Origin: Candidatus Micrarchaeota archaeon
GTDB taxonomy: Archaea; Micrarchaeota; Micrarchaeia; Anstonellales; Anstonellaceae
NCBI GenBank assembly: GCA_043810635.1
Contig: JBDRNY010000088.1
Coordinates: 1 to 24,374, forward strand
Direction: 5' to 3'
DNA length: 24,374 nt
In this document: positions 16,938 through 24,374 of the stretch, in pieces
Layout of the letters: each line of letters opens with the position of its first letter
How positions within the stretch are numbered: position 1 is the stretch's first letter
Notes under the pieces: generated by a model
What the model was told of the DNA's origin: nothing
The model's database searches: none
The model's input: the letters and a program-made list of their open reading frames with translations, nothing else
Translations under genes and position numbers: made by a program

Positions 16938-17618
16938 ATGAAGGCGGGAAAAGTTGCTTTTGCCATGCTTTTGATGAGCGCGTTGATATTTGCAGAGCCG
17001 TTGCTCTTGATTATTGATGCCTCGGGAAGCATGGAAGATACTCTGGATTCCGGGGTGAGAAAAATTGATGCAGCAAAAAGCGCTGCAACAGAATTAGTAA
17101 ATTCATATAGTGATGAAATTGCTCTTATGGTATATACAGACTGTGACAGCGGGGGAGACCCGTATTCTGGCTCTATTAGTGTGTGGGTGGAATTTACCAC
17201 AGATAAATCTGAATTGAGAAACCAGATAAGCAGCCTTACTCCGCAGTCAGACACTCCGATAGCAGATTCTATTGAAGAGGGAAAAACATATATTGAAGAT
17301 ACCAAGGGGTATGGAAAAATAGTGGTGCTGACAGACGGAGAGGAAACATGCGGATCCAGCAGTGATATTGGGGATGCGATAGAAAATGCGGGCATAAAGC
17401 AGATAGATGTAAGTGTTATCGGCTATGCGCTTGATGACTATACTGATGAGGAATTGCAGGAAATTGTTGAAGATGCTGGCGGAAAATATTACAAGGCAGG
17501 GGATGAGGAAGAATTAAAGCAGGCCATGAAGCAGGCGTCTGGAGATGTTGGATGTTGCCTCTTTCCGGTAGCGCTGGTATCTCTTGCAGGCTATATGACA
17601 TACAGGAAATTCAACTAA
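16938..17618 (+). CDS. Secreted von Willebrand factor A domain protein with C-terminal membrane anchor
   Basis: Signal peptide; MIDAS DASGS, TP and LTDGEE; C-terminal GCCLFP plus hydrophobic helix plus RK. Confidence 0.85.
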   Translation: MKAGKVAFAMLLMSALIFAEPLLLIIDASGSMEDTLDSGVRKIDAAKSAATELVNSYSDEIALMVYTDCDSGGDPYSGSISVWVEFTTDKSELRNQISSLTPQSDTPIADSIEEGKTYIEDTKGYGKIVVLTDGEETCGSSSDIGDAIENAGIKQIDVSVIGYALDDYTDEELQEIVEDAGGKYYKAGDEEELKQAMKQASGDVGCCLFPVALVSLAGYMTYRKFN

Positions 17619-17665
17619 ACCCCCTTCCCCTCTTTTTTTATATTTTTCTTTTCCTTTACTAGTGC

Positions 17666-18412
17666 ATGGAAGCATTAATTTGGTCTGTAGTGGCAACAAT
17701 TATTGTAAGCTTGATTTCATTGGTTGGCATAATCACCCTGCTTGTAAAGAAAAATACTTTAAATAAAATACTGCTTCTTCTTGTCGGCTTTTCTGCCGGA
17801 GCTTTGCTTGGGGGGGCATTTCTTCATCTAATACCTGAGGCAGTGGAAGAAACTGGAATGGATGCGGTAGGATTATATGTAATAGCCGGGCTTTGTACTT
17901 TTTTTATTGTTGAGAAATTTTTGTACTGGCACCACTGCCATAAGGGAGGGGCGTGCGATGTGCATACATTTACCTACATGAATTTGATTGGGGATGGGGT
18001 GCATAATTTTATTGACGGGTTGATAATTTCCGCAAGTTTTGTTGTTGATTTCAACCTTGGAATTGCCACCACAATTGCAGTAATTGCGCATGAAATACCC
18101 CAGGAAATAGGGGATTTTGGGGTGCTGATTTACGGGGGGTTTGGAAGGATGAAAGCACTTTTGTTTAACTTTCTTTCAGCAATAACTGCAGTGCTTGGGG
18201 CGGTTGTCGGATATTTTCTCTCTTCGCATATTGCAAGCTTTACTGCTTTTCTTCTTCCTTTTGCGGCAGGGGGATTTATTTACATTGCATCCTCGGATTT
18301 GATTCCGGAATTGCACAGGGAAAAGAAATTGAGCAAATCAATTATGTCATTTGCAGTATTTTTGATAGGAATTGCATTTATGTATGGAACAAAGCTTGTT
18401 TTTGGAGGGTAA
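17666..18412 (+). CDS. ZIP family Zn/Fe/Mn transporter
   Basis: HLIPEA, His-rich loop WHHCH, GDGVHNFIDG, HEIPQEIGDF and DLIPEL motifs. Confidence 0.93.
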   Translation: MEALIWSVVATIIVSLISLVGIITLLVKKNTLNKILLLLVGFSAGALLGGAFLHLIPEAVEETGMDAVGLYVIAGLCTFFIVEKFLYWHHCHKGGACDVHTFTYMNLIGDGVHNFIDGLIISASFVVDFNLGIATTIAVIAHEIPQEIGDFGVLIYGGFGRMKALLFNFLSAITAVLGAVVGYFLSSHIASFTAFLLPFAAGGFIYIASSDLIPELHREKKLSKSIMSFAVFLIGIAFMYGTKLVFGG

Positions 18413-18462
18413 AAAGCATATCCGTTTTCTTTATATTACCCCTTTAATACAATTATATTCGC

Positions 18463-18583
18463 GCGTCTGTCGTTCAACTTGGTTAGGACTTTAGCCTTCC
18501 AAGGAAACTTTTTGCCTTCGGTAAAAAGTTTCATCAAAAAACGAGGTAAGCTAATAATCCGGGTTCAAATCCCGGCGGACGCA
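18463..18583 (+). tRNA. tRNA-Gly(TCC) with 47-nt intron at canonical position 37/38
   Basis: GCGTCTG/CGGACGC acceptor stem; TTAGC-CT-TCC-A [intron 18502-18548] A-GCTAA anticodon arm; CCGGGTTCAAATCCCGG T-arm. BHB: CUUC pairs with intron GAGG, with two 3-nt bulges. TATA-like TTTATAT at 18430-18436. Confidence 0.93.
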
Positions 18584-18631
18584 GTTTTTATAAAACACCC
18601 CTGCATTGTGAGATATGCAAGAGGTGGTGCC

Positions 18632-18901
18632 ATGAGTTTGAATGCAAAGAATTTTGCCCTGGCTGCAGGTATAATGTGGGGCATTGGACTGTTTTTTCTG
18701 ACTTTAATTTCTGCATATACCGGCTATGGGGCAAGCTTTCTGAAGCTGATTATGGGAGTATATCCCGGGTATAGCATCAGCATGATGGGAAGTGTTGTAG
18801 GATTGATATATGGATTTATTGATGGATTTGTTGGATGCTATATATTTGTCTGGCTGTACAATAAATTGGGGGAAGAGAGAGGGATGAAAAAGAGAAGGTA
18901 A
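18632..18901 (+). CDS. Small membrane protein (family often annotated as putative holin)
   Basis: 89 aa from ATG 18632 with GAGGTGG SD; YPGY...GLIYGFIDG...WLYN pattern. Confidence 0.7.
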   Translation: MSLNAKNFALAAGIMWGIGLFFLTLISAYTGYGASFLKLIMGVYPGYSISMMGSVVGLIYGFIDGFVGCYIFVWLYNKLGEERGMKKRR

Positions 18902-18902
18902 A

Positions 18903-20300
18903 TTAATAGTGCCTGCTTTTTCTTTCTCTGTATTTGGTGTGCAATAGCTTGTGAGATTTTTCCGAGCCGGGGTGGGAGAGAAATTCTTTGTATAAGGAAA
19001 TGATTTCGGGGTTTTTGTGGGATTTGCGCAGGGGGAGTATTGCATCCTGGTGATAAATGGCAAGAGCCCTTTTCTTTACTATTTCAGGATTGGTGGGTAT
19101 TGGCTGGCCCCCTCCCCCAACGCACCCTCCGGGGCATGCCATTATTTCAATAAAATGCAAATTTGTTTTCTTTTTTTGCACTTCTTCTAATAATTTTTTT
19201 GCATTGACAAGCCCGTGCACAATTGCAATATTTATTTTCTTTCCCCCTAACTGCACGCTTGCTTTTCTAACTCCTTCCAGCCCCCTCACTTCAGAATATT
19301 CGATTTTTTTCAATTCTTTTCCTTCCAATCTGTCTGCTGCTGTGCGCAATACGGCTTCCATTACTCCGCCTGTTGCCCCGAAAATTGTCCCTCCTCCTGA
19401 AGCAGAGCCCATTACAGGGTCATAGAATTCGTCGGGGAGAGTGTGCAATTTGATATTTGCATTATTAAGCATTTTCCCCAATTCCCGAGTAGTGAGCACA
19501 TAATCAACATCTTTATAGCCTGAAGAATTCATTTCAGGGCGTAAGCATTCGAATTTTTTTGCAACGCACGGCATTATGGATACAACTACAATATTTGCAG
19601 GGTTGAGGCTGTGCTTTTTTGCATAATAGGTTTTTGCAATCGTGCCAAACATCTGGTGGGGGCTTTTGCAGCTGCTTACATTTGAAAGCAAATTTGGAAA
19701 AAACCTTTCAACATATCTTATCCATGCAGGGCAGCAGGAAGTTGTCATTGGAAGGTTTTTTCCGCTGTTTATTCTTTCAATTAATTCATTTGCTTCTTCC
19801 ATTATTGTCAAATCTGCGCCAAATGCAGTGTCAAGCACTTTGTCAAATCCCAACCTCCGAAGTGCTGCTATCATTCTTCCTGTAAGAAGGGTGCCGGGGG
19901 GCATGCCCTGGGTTTCGCCAATAGATGCGCGTATTGCAGGGGCTGTTTGCGCAATTACTATTTTTTCTGGATTTGAAATTGCATTTCTTACTTCCTGAAT
20001 ATGCTCTTTTTCCATTATTGTGCTGTTGGGGCAGGCAAGAATGCATTGGCCGCAATATACGCAAAATGCAACATTAGGCCCATGGCTTATTGTAGGGCAA
20101 AATTTCCAGCGATGGCTTCCCTCGTCAAATTCCATAGGGCTGAGCCCTTGTATTTTCTGGCATGCTATTGCGCACCTTCCGCATCTTGTGCATTTGAAAA
20201 CATCATGAAAAAGGCAGGGGTCGGATTGGCTGATTTTTTCAATCCTTTTTACAAATGCTGGCGTAGGGGTTTTCTTGGGTGGTGTCTTGGGCGCGTCCAT
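18903..20300 (-). CDS. hydA: Group A monomeric [FeFe]-hydrogenase (2x[4Fe-4S] ferredoxin domain, H-cluster domain, fused small-subunit tail)
   Basis: CTRCGRCAIAC and CVYCGQCILACP; H-cluster motifs L1 TSCCPAW, L2 MPCVAKKFE and L3 EIMACPGGCVGGGGQP; FGATGGVMEA; C-terminal RKSHKNP...LLHTKY. AAGGAG SD. Confidence 0.97.
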   Translation of the reverse strand: MDAPKTPPKKTPTPAFVKRIEKISQSDPCLFHDVFKCTRCGRCAIACQKIQGLSPMEFDEGSHRWKFCPTISHGPNVAFCVYCGQCILACPNSTIMEKEHIQEVRNAISNPEKIVIAQTAPAIRASIGETQGMPPGTLLTGRMIAALRRLGFDKVLDTAFGADLTIMEEANELIERINSGKNLPMTTSCCPAWIRYVERFFPNLLSNVSSCKSPHQMFGTIAKTYYAKKHSLNPANIVVVSIMPCVAKKFECLRPEMNSSGYKDVDYVLTTRELGKMLNNANIKLHTLPDEFYDPVMGSASGGGTIFGATGGVMEAVLRTAADRLEGKELKKIEYSEVRGLEGVRKASVQLGGKKINIAIVHGLVNAKKLLEEVQKKKTNLHFIEIMACPGGCVGGGGQPIPTNPEIVKKRALAIYHQDAILPLRKSHKNPEIISLYKEFLSHPGSEKSHKLLHTKYRERKSRHY

Positions 20301-20333
20301 AACAGGTCTCCTTGGAAAAAGGTGGCATGCATC

Positions 20334-20343
20334 TTATATAAAT
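20334..20343. promoter_or_regulatory. Candidate bidirectional TATA element between hydA and hydEFG
   Basis: Palindromic TTATATAA (20334-20341) in the ~105-bp divergent intergenic region. Confidence 0.45.
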
Positions 20344-20405
20344 TTTGGGGTGGCTTAGAAGAATGTCTCAGTTTATTTTTAATAATTCAGGTTCAAAATA
20401 GGCTG

Positions 20406-21488
20406 GTGAGCCAATCTGAGAATATCCGCCCTGAGCTTGTTCAAAAACTAAAGAGCCAAAGTAACAAAGAGGTTGCAAAACTGTGTTCTGAGGCGGAAAA
20501 CATTAGAAAAAAATTTGTAGGGGATAAGGTATATCTTAGGGGGATTATTGAATTTTCAAATTTGTGCGAAAAAGACTGCTTTTACTGCGGGATTAGGAGA
20601 AGCAACAGGAATGTTGAAAGGTTTAGGATGAGTGAGAAGGAAATTTTGGACTGCGCCAAATGGGCATTTAAGAATGGCTATGGCTCTGTTGTTTTGCAGT
20701 CTGGTGAAATTGCAAATAAGGAGTTTGTTGATTTTTTGGTTAAATTGGTTGAGCAGATAAAAAAGGAGACTAAAACTGCTGATGCAAAGAAAAAAGGGCT
20801 TGGAATCACCCTGTGTGTGGGAGAGCAGAAAAAAAATGTTTATCAGGAGCTTTTTGATGCCGGGGCACACAGGTATTTGCTAAGGATTGAAACATCCAAT
20901 CCAAAACTGTATGAAAAAATACACCCAAAAGAATGCTCATTTGAAAACAGGGTAAAATGCCTTGAAAATCTGAAGGAGATTGGCTATCAAGTGGGCACAG
21001 GGGTGATGATTGGCATTCCCGGGCAGAGTGTGGAGGATTTGGCTGATGATATTTTGTTTTTCAAAAAAATTGATGCAGACATGTTTGGGATGGGCCCGTA
21101 TATTATTCATGAAAATACGCCCATGCGAAAATATGCAAAAAAATGGAATGCGGGAAAGAATGGGCAATTGCGCCTTGCTTTGAACATGGTTGCGGCTACA
21201 AGGATTTTCCTGAAAGATGTGAATATTGCCGCAACCACTGCATTTGATGCCCTTAGCCCGCTGGGCAGGGATTTGGCGCTAAAGCATGGGGCAAATATTA
21301 TGATGCCGGTTATTACCCCTAAAAAATACAGGGGAAAATACCTTTTGTATGAGGGAAAGCCGTGCATTGATGAGGATGCGATAAAATGCAAAGACTGCCA
21401 TATCAGGAGGGTGAAAAGGATTGGAAGGGAAATTGGCTTTGGCAAGTGGGGAGACTCTTTGCATTACTTTAAGAGGGTTGGAATATGA
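20406..21488 (+). CDS. hydE: [FeFe]-hydrogenase H-cluster radical SAM maturase HydE
   Basis: RGIIEFSN-CEKDCFYC, RYLLRIET, GTGVMIG, MGPY, ATTA, GAN, YLLYEGK and C-terminal Cx7Cx2C. Start uncertain; GTG 20406 chosen because the longer ORF overlaps hydA. Confidence 0.92.
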   Translation: MSQSENIRPELVQKLKSQSNKEVAKLCSEAENIRKKFVGDKVYLRGIIEFSNLCEKDCFYCGIRRSNRNVERFRMSEKEILDCAKWAFKNGYGSVVLQSGEIANKEFVDFLVKLVEQIKKETKTADAKKKGLGITLCVGEQKKNVYQELFDAGAHRYLLRIETSNPKLYEKIHPKECSFENRVKCLENLKEIGYQVGTGVMIGIPGQSVEDLADDILFFKKIDADMFGMGPYIIHENTPMRKYAKKWNAGKNGQLRLALNMVAATRIFLKDVNIAATTAFDALSPLGRDLALKHGANIMMPVITPKKYRGKYLLYEGKPCIDEDAIKCKDCHIRRVKRIGREIGFGKWGDSLHYFKRVGI

Positions 21489-22792
21489 ACGCTGCAATTT
21501 TGGTTAACAGAGTTAATATTGGAATATTCGGGAAAACAAATGCCGGAAAATCCACAATCATGAATTTGCTCACTGACCAGCAGACTTCAATTGTGGATGA
21601 AAAAGCAGGCACCACTGCGGATGTGAAGCAGGCTGTTTTGGAGATTCATAATTTCGGGCCAGTAAAAATTTTTGATACTGCAGGGCTTGATGAATATTCC
21701 AAATTGGGGGAAAAGAAAAAATCCAAGGCATTGCAGGCGCTGAAAGAGTGTGATTTGGTTTTGCTTGTTATCAACCCTGCAGAAGAAGGGGGATTTGATG
21801 AGGAAAATGAAATAATTTCATTGTGCAGGCAGTATTCAAAGCAGGTTTTTTTGGTCTATAATATTTTTTGTAAAGGCGACTGGAAATTGGCGGAAAAATG
21901 CAGTGAAAAGATATTTAATTCGCAAAAAATTTGCAAGTCTATAATTGATGCGAAGTCAGCCAGTGCAAAAAACAAATTGCTTGAATTTATCAAATCAGAA
22001 TATAAGAATGAGAAAAAAATCCCAGAGGTTTTGCCGTTTATCAGGCCGAGCGGGTTTGTTGCGCTAAATATTCCGGTTGATGAGGAAACGCCTCTTGGAA
22101 GGCTGCTGAGGCCCCAGAATGTGGTGCTGGATTTTCTTTTGAGAAGAATGGTGCCTTTTGCAGGGTTTAGGATGGATTTGCTTAAGGCAAGAAGCGGAAT
22201 TAAGAGTATTAGGGAGGGGGAAAAAAGAAAATGGCTGGCATTTTTAGATGATTTGAAAGGAAAGCACAATGGCCTGCAGCTTGTAATTACGGATTCGCAG
22301 GCAATAGATGTTGTAGCAGACTGGACGCCTGAGGAAATTCCTATTACAACTTTTTCCATTACAATGATTCATTACCAAAGCGGGGGGAATTTGCATAAAT
22401 TTGTGGAAGGGTTGAAGGTTGTTGATAAGCTTACAGATGGGGATAAGATATGCATTGCCGAGGCATGCAACCACAACAGGACATGTGATGATATTGGAAC
22501 CAGGCAGATTCCGAGAAGGATGAAGGAAAAACTCGGAGTAAATTTGGACATTGATTTTGTATTTGGACGGGAGTTTCCTTCAGAGGGTAAATTGAATAGG
22601 TATAAGCTGTTAATCCACTGCGGAGGATGCATGATTGACTCGCAGAAAGTGAATGCAAGGATGGCTGACTTGCAACAGCTAAAAATTCCGGTTACAAATT
22701 ACGGGCTTCTTCTTTCTTACCTGAAGGGAAGGGAGGCATTGAGGCGCGTGTTAAAACCGTGGGGCGTTGAAGATGAGCGGCTTTATAGATGA
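21485..22792 (+). CDS. hydF: [FeFe]-hydrogenase maturation GTPase HydF
   Basis: GKTNAGKS, GTT and DTAG; P-GRL-PQ; TDSQ; TFSI; cluster motif CxH...HCGGC; TNYG. ATGA overlap with hydE. Confidence 0.95.
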   Translation: MNAAILVNRVNIGIFGKTNAGKSTIMNLLTDQQTSIVDEKAGTTADVKQAVLEIHNFGPVKIFDTAGLDEYSKLGEKKKSKALQALKECDLVLLVINPAEEGGFDEENEIISLCRQYSKQVFLVYNIFCKGDWKLAEKCSEKIFNSQKICKSIIDAKSASAKNKLLEFIKSEYKNEKKIPEVLPFIRPSGFVALNIPVDEETPLGRLLRPQNVVLDFLLRRMVPFAGFRMDLLKARSGIKSIREGEKRKWLAFLDDLKGKHNGLQLVITDSQAIDVVADWTPEEIPITTFSITMIHYQSGGNLHKFVEGLKVVDKLTDGDKICIAEACNHNRTCDDIGTRQIPRRMKEKLGVNLDIDFVFGREFPSEGKLNRYKLLIHCGGCMIDSQKVNARMADLQQLKIPVTNYGLLLSYLKGREALRRVLKPWGVEDERLYR

Positions 22793-24164
22793 AGGAAAAA
22801 TAAGCAGGATACTTGGGCAAAGCACTTACGCAAGCGATGATGATATTGAGGGCGCGATTGAAAAGGCAAAAAAACTGAAAGGGCTGAGCTTGGAGCAGGC
22901 TACAATGCTTCTGAATGCAAAAAAAGCCGGGCATAAAAAAATGATTTACTCTGCTGCGAAAGAGATTAAGCAAAATATTTACGGAACCCGCCTTGTTTTG
23001 TTTGCGCCCCTTTACCTGAGCAACTACTGCATAAACAACTGCCTCTACTGCGGCTTTAGGCGCGATAACAAAGAGCTGAGAAGAAAATGCCTTGGATTTG
23101 ATGAGATAAAAAATGAGGTTGGCGCGCTGCTCAATGAGGGGCACAAAAGGCTTTTGCTGGTTGTGGGGGAGCATCCAGAATTTTCAAATATAGAATATTT
23201 GGAAAAATCAATTGAAAGCGTTTATTCAGTTAAGCATGAAAAAACTGAAATCAGGAGGGTGAATGTAAACTGCGCCCCCCTTAGTTTTGAGGAGTTTAAA
23301 AGGCTTAAAGCATGCAAAATCGGAACATACCAGCTTTTTCAGGAAACATACCACAAAGAAACTTATGAAAAAGCCCATCCCCCCGGACCTAAGGCTGATT
23401 ATGACAAAAGGATTGGGGCAATGGATTTGGCATTTAAGGCAGGGATTGATGATTTGGGAATTGGTGTGCTGTTTGGCCTGCATGACTACAAATTTGAAAC
23501 CCTTGCGCTGCTGATGCATGCAAATTATCTTGACAAAACATATGGTGTCGGACCACATACAATTTCGGTTCCAAGGATTGAGCCGGCACTAAATGCCCCG
23601 CTTGCAAATAATCCTTCGGCACCAGTTTCGGATGAGGATTTCAAGCAGATGGTCGCAGTAATTAGAATGGCAGTTCCATATACTGGGATGATTTTAACCA
23701 CAAGAGAAAGAGCCCAGTTTCGGGATGAGGTTTTTTCAGTCGGGATTTCCCAAATTAGCGGCGGGTCAAAAACAAATCCAGGAGGGTATAGCAAAAAGAA
23801 ACCAGATACAAAAAATGAGGAGCAGTTTGTGTTGTCAGACAAGAGGACATTGGCAGAGCTTGTAAAAGATGTGTGTAAGATGGGTTATTTGCCAAGCTTT
23901 TGCACGGGATGCTACAGGATTGGAAGAACAGGGGATTATTTTATGCAGTTTGCAAAAAGCGGCAAGATTCAGAATTTTTGCCATCCCAATGCGATTCTGA
24001 CTTTTAAGGAATATTTGATTGATTATGCGGATGAGGAGCTGAAAAAAATTGGGAATAAGGTTATTGAAAAGGAAATTGAAAATATTCCTGATGAAAAAAG
24101 GAGGGAGATTACTGTTTCAAGGCTGAAAGAGATTGAAAATGGAAAAAGGGACTTATATTTTTAA
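22773..24164 (+). CDS. hydG: [FeFe]-hydrogenase radical SAM maturase HydG
   Basis: FAPLYLSNYCINNCLYC, GHKRL, RRVNVN, LFQETY, GPHTISVPR (dangler-Fe His), C-terminal FCTGCYR...CHPNA auxiliary-cluster motif and RDLYF end. Confidence 0.96.
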   Translation: MSGFIDEGKISRILGQSTYASDDDIEGAIEKAKKLKGLSLEQATMLLNAKKAGHKKMIYSAAKEIKQNIYGTRLVLFAPLYLSNYCINNCLYCGFRRDNKELRRKCLGFDEIKNEVGALLNEGHKRLLLVVGEHPEFSNIEYLEKSIESVYSVKHEKTEIRRVNVNCAPLSFEEFKRLKACKIGTYQLFQETYHKETYEKAHPPGPKADYDKRIGAMDLAFKAGIDDLGIGVLFGLHDYKFETLALLMHANYLDKTYGVGPHTISVPRIEPALNAPLANNPSAPVSDEDFKQMVAVIRMAVPYTGMILTTRERAQFRDEVFSVGISQISGGSKTNPGGYSKKKPDTKNEEQFVLSDKRTLAELVKDVCKMGYLPSFCTGCYRIGRTGDYFMQFAKSGKIQNFCHPNAILTFKEYLIDYADEELKKIGNKVIEKEIENIPDEKRREITVSRLKEIENGKRDLYF

Positions 24165-24329
24165 AGCGAAAAATCCTTGACAGCAATGGGTGTGATGCAA
24201 TTATATACTGCAATTACAGGGGGAGTTGCGGGAATTTTATTGCATGAGGGGAAAAAGAGAGTTTTTGGCTGAAGGGCAGGAGTTTTATATCCCAAACATT
24301 TTTATATTTGTGAGCTTAATTTATTTGCT

Positions 24330-24374
24330 ATGCAAATGATTGACCCTATTTTAGGGGCTGTGCTGATATTTTTT
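24330..24374 (+). CDS. Possible start of a membrane protein, truncated by window end
   Basis: ATG 24330/24336 lies ~25-30 nt after TTTTATAT and reads MQMIDPILGAVLIF. Confidence 0.3.
   Translation, partial: MQMIDPILGAVLIFF

Noticed and set aside
18479..18631. Extended 5' end of the small membrane protein ORF
   Set aside because: It runs through tRNA-Gly; ATG 18632 has a good SD.
20001..20405. N-terminal 135-aa extension of HydE in the ORF track
   Set aside because: It overlaps hydA on the opposite strand and the promoter region, and HydE similarity starts only after about 20406.
18463..24374. tRNA-Gly-integrated island or provirus carrying the hyd genes (holin-like gene adjacent)
   Set aside because: No integrase, no viral genes and no duplicated tRNA 3' end in the window, and composition resembles the host genes. 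It cannot be excluded beyond the window edge.
1..24374. CRISPR array or rRNA gene
   Set aside because: No regularly spaced repeats or rRNA-like sequence seen; the window is almost fully coding.

Overview
Archaeal chromosomal segment; a DPANN-type lineage such as Micrarchaeota or Diapherotrites is likely but is my inference. Archaeal origin is supported by a tRNA intron with a bulge-helix-bulge motif, CCA-less tRNAs, TATA-type promoters, an AMP phosphorylase/ribose-1,5-bisphosphate isomerase pair and the archaeal modified mevalonate pathway. The left half (1-11924) is a mevalonate/isoprenoid cluster: a GHMP-family (di)phosphomevalonate decarboxylase, both AcnX-type phosphomevalonate dehydratase subunits, a UbiD decarboxylase, UbiX and isopentenyl phosphate kinase. 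It is interrupted by an intact IS5-like element, an MNT-HEPN toxin-antitoxin pair and an arsR-led organoarsenic-resistance-like operon bracketed by a mosaic 312-bp duplication of the ubiD 3' end. The middle has a frameshifted DtxR/MntR regulator, tRNA-Leu(CAG), AMP-salvage genes, a secreted beta-propeller glycoprotein abutting an IS630 remnant, a vWA surface protein, a ZIP transporter and an intron-containing tRNA-Gly(TCC). The right end carries a compact group A [FeFe]-hydrogenase transcribed divergently from a complete hydE-hydF-hydG maturase operon, whose HydE and HydF resemble the algal/eukaryotic HydEF type as I recall it.
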